This document shows, one piece after another, positions 1 to 14,245 of a DNA stretch of 64,000 nt (positions within the stretch are counted from its first letter, which is position 1; each line of letters begins with the position of its first letter). The notes beneath the pieces are model-generated. The model did not search any database, was not told the DNA's origin, and saw only the letters and a program-made list of their open reading frames with translations. Source of the stretch: Sphagnum compactum (Eukaryota); the NCBI GenBank assembly GCA_965153455.1, contig OZ234493.1, forward strand, positions 9,228,213 to 9,292,212. Reading direction: 5' to 3'. A program made the translations under genes and the position numbers.

Positions 1-265
1 TAATAATAGGTCTATTTTTATTATATAGAGGATTTTTGAAAGATCATATATTTTGGCTTGTGTTGAAACTTGAGATTAGTTACAGAATTATGTATAATAA
101 TATCTTGAACAAAATTGGTTTCTTTCTTTTCGAGGATATTTTTTGAAGATTATTTTTTTGCATGGTAAAAATATTTGAGTTTCCATAATTCTTCGTTTTG
201 CCTTAAAGATTTTTTTTTTAATGTAAAATGGGCAAGGCCACAGTGCAACACAACAACACCCCTTG
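1..265. repeat. Dispersed repeat; inverted homolog of 33012-33250
   Basis: gaggatttttgaaagat...attttggcttgtgttgaaacttgagat and the downstream ggcaaggccac...acaccccttgtt align colinearly with the reverse complement of ~33012-33250. Confidence 0.7.
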
Positions 266-3200
266 TTTTTAATTTTTGTGTTCTTTGTTCCCATGTGTTC
301 TCAATGATGTTTGTCAAATTCCCAATGAGTTCCTCAAGATGTTTCTCTAAGTTCCTAATGTGTTCCCCCAAGGGTGTTCTCAACAGCACCTCACTTTTAT
401 CCCATCAAAACAGTACTTGGGAGACAGCCCATCTAATGAATAAGAGAGGTGAATACCTCCTCCCACCCATTTGCACTCGGTCTAGAAGAGCCTCAGCAGT
501 CTTCACACATGTTTGTTGAATAATTAATTGGTTTTGAAATTTTCATTTCAACAAACAGAATATTCTGAAATATTCAATAAGAAAAGAAATCCACAAAATT
601 TCAAATTTTCTGAAAATAATATAATGAGTGTCGAACCTGCCAAGGTAATAATAGGGTGATCAAAACTGCAAATAAAAGCATTCTAAGAAATTTCGGAGAA
701 TATATCAAGACCAATCAGCCTACAATGCCAAAATTCAACATTTCTGAAAATAATATGATTAATGTCAAAAGCGATATCGTAGTACAATGTACTACGACGA
801 CATATTTATGGCTCTACACATTGAAGATTCTATATTGGCAAATAGAACATACCCTAGTACTCCCCAAAAAAACAAAAGAAAACCTCTTTTTTCCTTCACA
901 AAATTTGGTTATTTGAAAAATATATATTATTTTGAAAAATTCAACAATAATCAATGTGGAAGCTGCAAGGGTACTATGATAATAAGAAGGGGGAGGTGGT
1001 GTATAGAAATGTTTTCTTTCTATTGTGAAATGGTATTAAGAAGGAAGGTTGCCTTCTATTTCTTTATCGAGAGTGAATGGCCAATCTGAACTTCGTAAAA
1101 TGTCCTAGTATACCGGGCATGGGAATATATAGGAAACATGAATGGCCAACATGTCCTAGTATACTGGGTGTGGGAATATTTAGGTATGGTTTCCAACGAT
1201 TTTGTTTACATATTGCAAAGGCTGCGAAATTTCATGCTGAGCATTATATATGCTCGTGACAATTGAAAATCCAATTCTAAACATCCCCCAAACCTTAACC
1301 ATTCAAAAGAAGAAGATACGATTTGTACACGTGATAAGGCTTATTACCTTTCACAACTTGACATTTGCGACCAATGTTATTTGTAACCTACCTTCAAAGC
1401 TATCCATCTATAAAATGCATATACATGTCGACCTTATTATCTTATGTCCTTTCCTTCAATTGCGTTTGAATTTTGTGTTTCAATTCATAACTAGTTATCT
1501 TGATTCCTTCAACTTCTTTTCAATTAGGTGTTTCAACCCATATGCATTGTTGACCTAGCCATCTTAATTCCTTCAACTACTTGTGAATTTGGTGTGCCAT
1601 GCGCACACATAAAACAAAGCAAATTAGATTTTGTTGGATTCATGTGTTTAAACTCACATGAGGAGCTAAAATTTATTGAGATAAAATAGATCCCTTAATT
1701 ATTCAATTCAAAAGGTCTCACACTTTTTTTTTTTGTCATGCACTCTGGACTCATTGTTTTAGTAGTAACATGGCCATGGTGTTCTGACAAAACCATCATA
1801 CATGTGAGGATTGCAAAGCACACAACCCCTTCTAACAATCCATTGGTACCACACTTGGGATTCTACCAAGGTACAAAAAGAAATCACATATTGATTGTCT
1901 ATTACCCCAGTCTAACAAAAATTATATTACAAAACAAGATGTCCCAAATTCTGAATAAATTAGTAGAATTGGTAAGTTGTAGTTGTTAGAATTGGTATGT
2001 ACTTTTAAAGGTAATCAATTTACAATTACCACAACAAGGGCAACACATTGCCTCTACCTCCCTTAAGGTTTTACCCCCCAAGTTCCCTAATGGGTAATGA
2101 GGTGATTAAATGACCATGATCACAAAGGAGTTGGATATAGCAACTTTAGACCATGGAGACATTGAGTTTCGAGCATCTCCATGGCCAATAGTGTACCATA
2201 ACACTTTAATGGATTTTGCGGTAGTTAAATATTTATGAAAACAATAATTCTCTAAAGAAATATACTGGTTGAAGTGTGAAATTTTCAAGTTGCATATTGC
2301 TAAAAGTTTGGGAAACCTTTTTAGGTTATAAGCCCTAACCGCTAGCATTTTTTCAAAAAAAAACAATTAATGGTTGTACATGTTATGCTTTGCTTAGCCC
2401 ATAATATGGCCCTAAACTCCAATGTTTCAAAAACACATTTTGCCAGCTCTCACTCCTCCTGAACAAGACAATTTTTCCATGCATCCTATTGCAACCCACC
2501 ATGAACAAGTCAAATTGTCTATGCATCGTTGTGCAAGCCACTCCGTTTTGAAGTTGATAGAGGTAGTCAAAAATGTGACTAACAAGAATTGAAAAAGATC
2601 AAGGCCATGCAACCAAGAATTTTTTTAATGTGACACATTAATTTTATGTATGAAAATGAATGAAAAATAATTGACATCCTCTTTCATGCGAAAAGTATTG
2701 AATATTTTTTTAACGTGAGCCAAAAATCCTGAAAATTATTACATTATATGTCAAAATGCATTTTAACAAACAAACAAAGTATTCAGCACCCCAATGCCAA
2801 AATCCCTTAAAGTAGTACGACAATGGCTTGTACACAATTAATTTGGATAAACATTCAAGCCATAAATAATACGAAATTGAGTTTGGACCTACAAATATGC
2901 ATATGGCTCTCCAAAAAGGCCAATAAAATAAATATGATTATCATTGATTGGTCACTACTACTAAGGATTATCCCATGTGATAACACTTATATGATTCCTC
3001 GCTCACTCTTAACACAACGTTTATTTAGGAATTTTTCAATGTAACCTAAATGGAGATCATTCGTAAGAAGATGCAAAACAAATGGTGATCATCTCTAGGG
3101 AGATTTCGCCAAATTTGGCTATAAACAAAAAAAATATGAAGTACAAACATTTGATCAACCATGGCTACACACACTCTGAAAACCAAAGTTCCATCAAGGC

Positions 3201-3559
3201 ATGCAAACCGGTTTTGGGGCGGGTATTGATTTCTGAAAATGCCCAGTACTAACTGACTGGTATTGGAATTGTTTTTCAAATTTGCCTCCCAAATTTTTTA
3301 ACAGTGACCAACAACAAATTATTACAAGAGTTGTGGCGTTTTGAGGACTACTCTTGCAAGAGTGTCGGAATCCAAGCAACATCCTGACACTAATTCTATG
3401 CGAAAACTTGGGCCTGCACATGCCCATTCCGATGAAGGGGCTTCTTTCTTTTCGTCATCCCCTTGAGTGATGTATGTTCTACATCGCACCAGCCCTTTTT
3501 TGTTTCTGGTGAAATATAGCCAGAAAGTGATGAAACCCTGCCAACCATTGAAACAAAAA

Positions 3560-6150
3560 AAACCCAAAGCACCCATAACAGAGGGAATACAAGGAATGAA
3601 ATGGAAGGACCCACATCCAAGAAGACAAATGAACCACTCTTTGTGGGAATGGCAGACTACAAGGGGAACATCAAGTTCTCGAACCCCCTTTGGTCATCAG
3701 AAGCATATCAACGAAAGAAAGCGGAGGACCTCCTGAAAGGACACCTAGCCTAGACAAACCCTCACCTATTGCAATTGCGTGTCTTAAAATAGAAATTGTC
3801 TACGCACATTGTAACACCATTGACATCTTCTATCTATAAATGCATGCAAAAATAAAAGTGGAAGGCCTCCAATGCCCTTTGCTCCCCATGCCATGTTGGC
3901 ACATCAATGAAGAAACGTGTATGCTTGTTGTGTAGACATCCAAAACCCTCTACAAGTAGAGCAAAAAACATGTCTCCCAGGAATCGATTGCAATAAAGAT
4001 CATTCTTCATCTAAATCATGATTGTCGTAGCAACCTTATGAAAAAGATTAGCCTATGAAACCAAATCAACTTGAATGGGGTTGACGATGGCAACGTCTAC
4101 CAACATGCAAACATTATCAATTGATAGCACAATGTCAACTAGACAACACGAAAACTACAATGTAAAGGGCAAAAGGACATGGGTTTACTTTCACAAAACA
4201 TGAAATCTCGCACATGTCGCAATAGTCACAAAAACACCTCGCACAACATCATGCAAGGCCATCCTTTTCTCACCATGAGCGCAACAAAGAATATGGATCC
4301 CCATAAGGTCCAAAGGTTGGCTACAAATGTAGTGTGACACCCCAAGGACCAAAAGATGGGAAAGACCCAACCTAATGTGCAACATGGTGGAAAAAACATC
4401 TAAAGTTAAGCTTTAAAAAATGGATGATTAGGCAAGCTGACAACAAAGCGCCCGCACCCACACCCAACTTTACACACAACCTTAAGCACATCTAGTGCGA
4501 ATCGAAAGGTAAATTAGAAATGATACTAGTAAAAAAATGGTCATGCAATCTCTATGAAATAATTTCCTAAAGGCAATATGTGTCTTTTTTAGGCAATTAT
4601 TCCAAAAAAAACACACATGTTATAATTTTTAAGGGAATAAGTTTTCACATTGATTTCAAACACACGTGGAAAGGGACTAGCCTTGAGCTTCTCACACCTA
4701 TTGCCTCCAACAAGAACATACAAAAATCCAACAAAAAATTTAGAAGTTATGATAAGGGGAATTAATGGTCAACTTCCTAAATAAGCAATTGGAGCAATGA
4801 CCTTTGAAGAAATCAACCTTACGCCCCCACTAGAAATGAAAAAAATCACATGTTGATGAATTAAAGGGGCCTCAGGGCACTCCAATAAACCCAAACCCAA
4901 AAGTCTTTCAAAAACTCCCATTAAGGTCGAATAAAAAACAATGAGTTAATTTTGAAAACCTGGAAGAAGGGGAACAACGAAACAAAAAGGAAAACCTTTC
5001 AACAAAGCATCAAAAGAAGATACCAAAAGCCACTTGAACATCCCCTAATCTTGGGAATAAGTTTACATGCCAAACATCCTCACCTAAAATTTTTTGCAAA
5101 AAAAAATGAAAGAGGAAAATCCAAAAGGGATGCCAAGGATCCTAATGTCATCAAGGGGGGCAACAAAATTCAGCAAGGGGGATGAACCCAAGAGGTAAAC
5201 TAGAAGGAACCCAAGCCAAACACTTATGGGATTGAACAAAAAACCCCACATAAATCAATTAGGAACCAAAATGATCAAAGGTGAAGGAGATGACATGGGC
5301 AAGGCAGAAGATATGGGTGTCATCAACTCGAGAAGGGGAGACACATGACGGGAAAACCTTCGAAAAATATTACAAAACATGAAAATGAACAAGCACAAAA
5401 AGAAGCCCTTTAAGTAGATTGCCTTAACATGTGCCCACATAAGAAAGAATGACAAACAAAGCCCTCGAAGAATAATGATGACTAAAAAACAAAGGAACTT
5501 GAAAGCCATAAAAAGAATGAACAAAAGGGAAAAGTTAGGACAACTGGCCCCTCATTGTCCGAAGTTCTTAAGAAATGACCTTACACAAGATGGTGTTAAA
5601 AACGTATGCAACATCTACTTAAAACACCACCCAATCATGATGGGCATTCAAAGTGGCCCAAATACCATGGACCACGGCTTCACAACCTCCTTTAACCGCC
5701 ACCCCAAACTAATATAGTGACAAGTGATAAACAAACATATCATGAAACTGTAAGCATAAAGCCGTGCTCACTAGCAAATAATAAACCTCTCCCATTGCAA
5801 TCTGACAAATGCCACCAAAGAGGGCTTGACCAAAGTCAAAAGTCGACTAGCACCAAAAACCCACGCCATGAACCCAGGGATGGGGCCAACAACCACATGG
5901 GAACACAACTAATGAAACTAAATGAAGCCATTAGTTCAATCCTCAAGGTCAAAAAAATCTCAAAAATGTTCAAAGACCATGCCAAATGGACCACCAATCG
6001 ACAAAATAAATTTGGTGGGTGATAAGTACATGTAAATAAAGAAGGGGAAAAAAGATCCAATAGCCAAATGACCTTAGCCATTTCCAACAATGGAGCCATA
6101 TTGTTTTATAGGTTAGTAGTCACATTGCCATGAAAACTTTATCCTCCACC
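3560..6150 (-). mobile_element. Degenerate non-LTR retrotransposon with restriction-like endonuclease (CRE-like clade), RT pseudogene
   Basis: Minus-strand frames with stops and frameshifts give ASRLLTLVKPS (RT N-part), GTC*GNLL...VDDTHI (QGDPL / YADD-equivalent), C-terminal ICSQPLDLMGIHILCC...HDVVR (CCHC knuckle and RLE start) and the tail MSMVLQCA..ISILRHAI. Confidence 0.7.
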
Positions 6151-6154
6151 CATG

Positions 6155-6308
6155 CACTACTACAAAATGTGAGTGCAATTCATTAATCCTCGTTGACTAA
6201 CCCAGTAAATTCACTACATCCCCACCAGGCCCCATTCACTAGGAGTAATGAATTCACTCAAAATCCAGTAAAATCATTTAGCATACAAAGACACCTTTTG
6301 TTGTAGTG
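6155..6308. mobile_element. 154-bp non-autonomous CACTA (En/Spm) element
   Basis: Starts cactactacaaaa and ends ttttgttgtagtg (13-bp TIR, 1 mismatch); 3-bp TSD atg at 6152-6154 and 6309-6311. Confidence 0.85.
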
Positions 6309-7229
6309 ATGTTTTTCACCATCTTGCATTATAACCATCATAAAATGTAATCATCGGCACCATTAAGACCACCCACATAGCCATTTTTGGTTATGCTTTT
6401 AAGGTTGGAATTGCCTTCAGGTTTAACAAGAGTCTTAAGGTTTATCACCAATAAATACAACGAGATGGTTAGGGTTTGACACTAGCAACTATAACAACTT
6501 GCAAGATTGTTAGGGCTTTTCACCATAGCTTTTGTTCTTTCAAGCAAGGATTGTTGCCACCATGTTTTCTGCTTCTAAGTTCCAATACATATATCACCTT
6601 AGACTTCAAGGCAAAGATTTATGGGCGTTGCATTTAATAGTAGCCATGGGTTTAATGTTCATCTTGCAATGTTGTTGGAACTAATTGGGGGCTTTTTATT
6701 ATGATGGTGATTGAACATGAATTCTAGCCCTAAGGCAATGGGTTTTCATTATGTAAGCAATAATGCCGTTGCAGGTTTCAAGTTTCTTTTTGTTGAACTT
6801 GTAAATTGTGAGCATCAATAAGCATCAGATGAAAATAATGTGTGTTTCTCCCCAAGTGGAATCACGAGTCCTAACACCCCATCAAATTTTTAGATATGTT
6901 TCAATTGATTAAGGCATGAGTTCATTCCAATTTCATTCATTTGGACTTTTGTTTTAAATGCATTGAAAGTGTTCACATTTATAGCACACCACTATGTTTA
7001 TGTTTTTATTATGATTTTGCTTTTTTTTTTTCCTTGCTTGAAGTGTGTATGTTTTTGTGTCTTGAATCATGAAATGAAAAAACTTGGAATCGACAACAAG
7101 GTTGATAATCAAATCAAAATTAAACATGTTGCAAAAAAAAATTCTAATAGTAGAAATCCATCAAATGCATAACCCTTATGGTTAGTCTATGATTATATGC
7201 CATTGTTGTCTCATTAGGATGTTATGGCC

Positions 7230-10200
7230 CATCGAATTCATATGGGTTACTTCTTCATGCACACTCTCTTGGGTCTTCATATCTACCATCACCATTTCCA
7301 TCTTTTGAGCTTCAACCTTCTTCTAAGTTGTTGCCTTTTCCAACACTACCATATTTTGAGCTACCTTCTTTTGAACACCATTCTTTTGAAAAATTGTTAT
7401 CTCCAACGTTATTTTCTTCTGAACTGCCTTCTCCAACTCTACTTTCCTTTGAACATCCTTGTCTTGCCATGCCTTTTTGTAAGGTTCCTTTTCCTAAGAT
7501 GTCTTTTTATGTTCATGAATTTCTTTTTGATGTTTCACCATCTCCTACAACCACTATCATCTCAACTTCTAGGCATCCAAATTCAAGTTCCAGTGTCCAT
7601 GTTGAATCCCCACGTCATCAAATAAGCTTATTGACTTGAATGATTTTCCATATATTGAATCAAATCCAAATATGTTGCATCAATGTCCTCCACCTCAAAA
7701 GCTCAAAAAATCTTATGATCGCACATGCAAATTTCAACTTGAATGGACTGTAAAGTTCCCATGGGCTGAAGGAGTCATTGCCATCGATGGCATTTTACGC
7801 AATATTTAATGTAAGGTTTGCAATAATGTTAACAAAAAGCCATTGTTGTTTGCTCCCAAATGAAATACTCTAATGAAACATGAGGCCATGGGGAAGGCAT
7901 ACAAGGATTTGCTTTACTTTAATGTTAAGGCAAGAGAATGGTACACCAATAAAACATGTCGACAAAAAAAAAATCAAGCCTTGTTTTTACCCAAGCACAT
8001 GCTACTATACTACAACAAGTCAATAAAAATAACCACTTGGAAAATGAAAGGAAGAAGGTATAGTTTGCCACGTTGTTTTAGATTTTGGAAGGTGGTCGTC
8101 CTATGGTGGAATATGAAAAAAGGAAAGTTGAGTAGTACTCATTTATTGGTGTGCCTAAGAATCTTAAAATGCATTGGTTACATTCTTTATGTTGGACAAT
8201 GGCAAAATCCATATATGCCCAAGTCACTAATGTAATTATAGCCATTATTTATTTTGCTAACTATGTGCATTGTGGCCCTTACATGTGACGAGGTGAACAT
8301 AGTGGGTAATGGGAGTTTGATCTCCATTCATGGATATGTCATGCAAAATTGGGTGAATTCCCATGTTGATTTTTTTCCTAAAGATTATTGGTGGAGTAGG
8401 GGTTGAGTCATGACAACCTAATAGTTGTGATCATGGAGGCCTTGCAAAAGGGTGGAGGATTGAATATATAATATGTAGCTCAAAAGTTCCTTTGTTTTGG
8501 GGATAATGCAATAAGTAAATTCCAAAAAACCAAAATTGGGCTCACTAAACAAATGAATACTAACTATGCACCATTTTCCATTAAGGTTCAATGCACGGTT
8601 CATAGATGCAATTTGGCTTTCAAAACCTTGTATTCCTTGGGAATAGTGAGTAACATAGAATATTTGCTACAAACTTGTCATTCTTACTTTGTCCATAGCC
8701 AAAAAAGGCACTTGGAGTTCATTAAATTTACTAATATCATGGAAACATGGGGGTTGAAAATGCTAAAAAATGTGAAAATCTGATGGATATCCTTGTTGGA
8801 GCCTCTAAGGAAGAATCTATCAAAATATATGCTACTACTCGCCAAGATGTACATGGACAACACAAACAACCAAGCGACCAAGGTAAATTGTTGTAAACTA
8901 AAAACCTTTTGTAAACTTTATTGATTTTGTATGTTTCTTTTTTTCAAATTCCCTAATGTTCAAATCTATGCTTGCAAGTTAATTTGATCCTCCTTGCTAA
9001 TCCATATTACCTACAAGGAATGTGTTGTCTCATTGTTTAATTAGAGATCATTGACTTTCTTATGCAATTTGCACAACAACATGATGTTTTCATTTGCAAT
9101 CTTGTGGCTACAATAAAGATCTACCAAAGGCAGCTCTATACCTTGTTCGATGATGGCAATTCATCATTTTCTAGTGATGAGTTTTTGGCATTTAAAAGTT
9201 TGTTGGATTTGAGCCATGACCATATTCACATGAAATAGGCGATAGGTTTGAATGACAATAATGAACAACTTGTATTCCTTATGAATGGTGAGAAAATTTG
9301 AGCCATGCACAATGACCTAATGTCCAGACTACAAATAGTTGTGATTTAGCAATCTTTTCAAAGTTTGATTTCAAAAGTGAAATCAAAGTGTTTAGGTAAG
9401 TTTTAATTTGTAATCTATTTGATTTTTATTTTTTTTAATTGATGTAATGTGAATTTGCATTGGTAGTTTGGTGTTGATGTTGGGTAATTGCAAGCTAGAG
9501 TGGACCAAAAATGGCATTTGAAGGTTCCATAAATGTACATTTTTGTAATGTGCTTTGATAGTGACAAATGTGACATTGTTATCCATGCTTAAACCACATC
9601 TAATTTTAAAAATTGACCTAGGGCCACTATTTTGTTTATGTATATAATCATTGTTCATGAAAAAAAAAATTAAATCCCATTGTTATGACAAAATGAACTT
9701 TACAATATTGGTGCATTTTGTGACTTTCAAAAGTCCATCAAAGTACATTTCATGTTATGAAATGGAATGGAAACTTGCATTTATGGTTCATCAACATGTC
9801 ATTGAACTTTGAGAAAAATATAAATTTTTTCATTGAGAATTTTTTCATTTAGTGAGTCCATATGCATAATTTTGCAAATAAATTTCATTCCCAGTTTTAT
9901 AAACAAAAAAATCCCTCAAAATTTTTATTTAACGATTCTGATTTTTTTTCGTTTAATAATTATAGTTATTCGATGCATTGAATTTGAGTCATTTTTTAGT
10001 ATATGTGTGCACAAATTTAACATCTAGGATTTGAACATGAAGGGGTGCAAAAAAATTTACCCTTATACATGATTTTATGGACATTCTAACTTGCAAATAC
10101 ATTGTTGTGCTTCTTCTTTTTTCCTATGTTGCTTTGCAAGTGCAACTACCCAATTGATCAAGGAAGTAGACAATTTTATTTCCCCTAGTTTACATTGTTT

Positions 10201-10251
10201 GATGTTATGGGCATTATGTATCTTCAATGTTGGATGCAACCCAACTGCGAA
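7230..10251 (+). pseudogene. hAT-superfamily (ZNF862-like) transposase pseudogene with introns, truncated at 10251
   Basis: Frames give RTCKFQLEWTVKFPWAE..CKVC, TCDEV (catalytic D), QCTVHRCNLA (CxxH), KNVKI*WIS (TRW motif); GT donors at ~8882 and ~9395; last exon LFDVMGIMYLQCWMQPNCE ends at the inverted-repeat boundary; many stops and frameshifts. Confidence 0.7.
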
Positions 10252-11962
10252 AATTATGGATGTGAATATTACATGGTTGGCTAAAAAAATCAACGAAAAA
10301 TTTGGGAGGTTAATGCAGGTATTATGGGGTGAAAACAATGTACAATGCATTATAAAAAATTCATATGTAGGTATAATTGCATGTTCAAATAAAAGTTATG
10401 TTTATTTTTAATGTTTCATATTTTTTTGGCTTGACTAACGTAATAAAATTTGAATTTGTAAATAAGCAACGTTTACATGAATTAATGCAAAATTTGAAAT
10501 GAATTTGAAATTCAAAAATTCACTAAGATCTTTTGGAAAACATTCACATGTCATTGGTTGCCATAATACAAAATGGCATAAACTAATTTTTTTTGTTTCT
10601 ATGTACACATAGATTACATGCAAAATGCACCAAACCATAAGAATTGTGTCCAACAAAAATGCAAATCAATAAGTCCATGTTAATACAAAAAAGGAAGTAA
10701 TGACATGTTATTCCTTTTTCATAAAAGATCCATTTTGATCACTAATCTCTTCATTTATAATTTTATGAATTTGTCAATAAGTTGCAACTCCTTTGATCAC
10801 TTTTGTAACATGATGATATGTGCACAATTGTTGGTGTTATATGTGAAGATGAATTATGTTGATTATAAACTCATCCTTAGTGGTTCCACACAATCTAATT
10901 CACAAATACAAACATGCAATAGTAAATAAAAGTTTCAAGGTTTATATGAGTAAGAAAAAAAACACACAAACATTATATATATATATATAAGTAAATAAAT
11001 AAACAAAAAAACACACAAATTGAGAGAATTTGAAACCAAAACCAAAATAAAAGATATAATTAAAATGAAAAAAAAGGCACAAACATGAAAAAAAAAAGAT
11101 TTTTTTTAAAAAACACACGAAACAGAAAAAAAAACATGAAAAAAATAGAAACCAAAAGAAACCAAAAGAAAACAAAAAAATTTTAAAACAAAAAAACTCA
11201 CTTGAAAAGGTCTAAGCTTTGTTTTGTTTTTGTATGAACAAGTCTTGTCGTTCCAACTCACCTTTAGTTGCATTGCGATCTTGCTTAGAATCCAACTTGC
11301 CAACCCTTTGTAACAAGCTATAATGTTTCTCCAAATCGCTATCTTGTTCCAAATTAAAAGACCCAACACACGTGAAAAAAAAAAAAAACAAGGAAAAAAT
11401 ATGAAGAAGGGCTAGGAGAGAAACAAGAAAAAACATCAAGAAAAATAATAAGAAAAAACAACAAGAGAAAAGAAGAAAAAAAGGAAGAAGTAGGGGGGAA
11501 AAAAAGGAAAAGGAACAAGGAGGAAGAGAAGAAAAATAAATGAAGAGGAGTAAGGGGGAAGAGAAGAAAAAACATCAAGAAAAAAAAAAGGAAGAGGAGC
11601 AAGGGGGAAAAAAAGAAAAAACATCAAGAAAAAAAAGAGGAAGAGGAGCAAGGGAGAATAGAAAAAAAAACAAGAAATAAAATAAGGAGGAAAAGAAGAA
11701 AAAATAGCATGAAAAATAAGGAAAAAAAAACAAGGAGGAAGAAAAGAAAAAACAGTAACAAGAAAAACAAGAAAATAAGAAGAAAGAGAAGAAAAACAAC
11801 CAAGAATAATAGAAAGAAAAAAAAAAAGGTCCATGAAAGCGGTAAAAAAGGGTAGTGAGGAAGTGAAAAAGTTTTTTAGAAATTAGAGCTTCATCCAACC
11901 AATGAAACCCACAACGAGTTTCAATGGACTAGTGCATTGATAGGTGCTAGGTCACTCCAACC
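10252..11962. mobile_element. Truncated copy of MULE element B (one TIR only)
   Basis: Mirror of 42672-44416; ends ...gtgctaggtcactccaacc at 11962, followed by aactttatt (reverse complement of the TSD); includes the purine-rich GAA tract 11370-11830. Confidence 0.8.
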
Positions 11963-13627
11963 AACTTTATTGAGCCTTACATGTTTTTCCCACCCCCACA
12001 ATTTGAACCCTTAGTTGTTCATAATATTATTAACAAAGAAGAAATCTTAGGACAATACAAAAGTTTTTTATATTACACAATGCATTTATTGGATTATGAA
12101 TTTGAATTCCAATTTTCATAGTTTCAAGAATTATTTTATTGAAATACGCACATAGGTTTGGTGATTTCTTTTAATAATTCCAATCTCCCTTCAAGATCAC
12201 GAAAAACACAAAAATTGTGTAATAGATGAACAAGCATCTCACAAAAAAAACCCCCTAATTAACACAATTTATATAAGAACCTACACCTTCAAATTTTCTT
12301 AGGACTAGAAACCCTTGGTTAGGTTCCAAATTGAGTTTTTGTTCAAGTACTTAATACTTTCATGGTCCTACACAGTGTGATTCATATTAATTAGTTCATG
12401 GGTGCACTCACAACTTCATAATTTTTTTCTTTTTTTCAAGGAGCCATATTGATTGGCTTATCAACAAAAGTTTTGGAGCATTGGGCATGTCCCATATAGA
12501 ATGACCTCTTTGGACCCCAATTGCAAAATAGAAGCAAATGTGCTTCCCTAAATTTCACCTTTTCAATTTATATACATGAGAGTTGAACTTTGGCTTAAGT
12601 GACCTAGCCCTGTGACTCCACCAATTTTGTTTCAAAAGAACTAGTGTTCATCCTAATTACTGAACCTCATGTAGTCAAAGAGGTTCACTCAAACTTTTTT
12701 TTTGCATGTCCCCTTAATTGTTAAATTATTTTTCCACCCACGTACTTACCCTAGTCGCCCAACTACCCACCTACTCCACTCACCCAAGCTACCTATCTAC
12801 ACCATCCATTTTCAAAAGTTTTTTTTTGTTTTCCAACATGGCCATCATCATTGCCGCAAGGAGAAAAAGTTGTTGAAGGTATCAACAACATTGAAACTTA
12901 GGAGAAAGAGTTGTATCAAGGTTGAGACTAGTTGCGGATCGCCAACAATGCTTGTGTTGCAATTTCTAGAGGTGCTCCAACTGATGGAGGATAGACGCAA
13001 CAACTTTGTGAGCTTGTTTAATGTAGACAACGAAAACACGGCTTTCTTTGTGCATAATTTGCTTCTTTACACACAAGGCATCTTATTTGTGTCTTGCTTA
13101 TCTATTTGTCTTGTTTTTCTTTCTTTCTCTTATTTTTATTTATCTTTGTGTTGTTGCAAGTCTCATCCTCTCCATACTATGCATTGCAAAGAAGATGATG
13201 ATGAGCCCAAGTTCATCATCATCTTCTTGTTGTTCTACTTGAAAAAATTGGGCACCAAATTAAGTTGTACATGATGATGATAAACAAAGTTGCAATGGGA
13301 AAGAAGATGACAACAAACTTAGTTTGCTTGAAAAATTATTTTTCAACTTGAAAAACTTAATTTTTTGTTGTAAATGATGATGATAAACTAGCTCATTGTT
13401 GTCTTTTTTCATGTTGCTACAAAAGATGATGACGAACTAAACATGTCATCTTCATTTTCTTTTTCCTACACATATGACGATGAGCTAATTCATCATTGTA
13501 TTCATTTTCTTTCACCATAAAAGATGACAGTAAGCTTGCTCATCATTGTCTTCATTTTTTCGTTGCAAAAAAACAATAACAAACTAGCTTGTTGTCATCT
13601 TCTTTCTTGTTGCTATAAAAGATGGTG

Positions 13628-14245
13628 CGAATAAATGTTCATTGTGATTTTCATGATAACATTTTTTTCATTTTTTCAATTCAAGTTTTTGTGAAATTTA
13701 ACAAAAATTTAGCAAAAATGAATCAAATTTAAACCTTGAAAAGATTTCCAAAATTTTGACCCAAAAAAACATTGTTTCATGGGTGTGAATAAATGTTCAT
13801 TGTCATTTTCATGATAAAGTTTTTTTAATTTTTTTAATTGAGGTTTTAGTGAAATTTAATAAAAATTTAACAAAATTAATCAAATTTAAACCTTTATAAA
13901 ACTCTAAAGTTTCACATAAGAACACATTGTTTTATGGGCACAAATAAACATTCATTGTCACTTTCATGATAATGTTTTTGTCATTTTTTCAATTGAGGTG
14001 TTTAGGAAATTTTACAAATTTTAGCAAAATTAATCAACTTTGGACCTTTAAAATTTTCCAAAATTTCACCCCACAAAAATTGTTTCATGGGCACAAATAA
14101 ACATTCGTTGTCATTTTCATGATAATGTCTTTAAATGTTTTTTAATTGAGGTTTTTATGAGATTTAACAAATTTTTAGCAAAATTAATCAACTTTGGACC
14201 TTTAAAAATTTCTAAATTTTCACCCAAGAAACATTGTTTCATGGG
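13628..14245. repeat. Tandem array, ~155-bp unit x4 (mirror at ~40390-41010)
   Basis: Recurring aataaatgttcattgtcattttcatgata...aaattaatcaa...acattgtttcatggg at ~13628, 13785, 13939 and 14091. Confidence 0.85.

Noticed and set aside
1250-2350. Possible LTR-retrotransposon gag/protease remnant
   Set aside because: No LTRs or diagnostic motifs could be confirmed by eye
10942-11898. Phe/Leu/Ser-rich ORFs (also 42736-43582 and 52114-53418)
   Set aside because: Translation artefacts of low-complexity GAA/CTT tracts and tandem arrays
12702-13274. 190-aa ORF conserved in both arms
   Set aside because: Identity is explained by the recent duplication; non-ATG start, no recognisable domain, overlaps subterminal repeats
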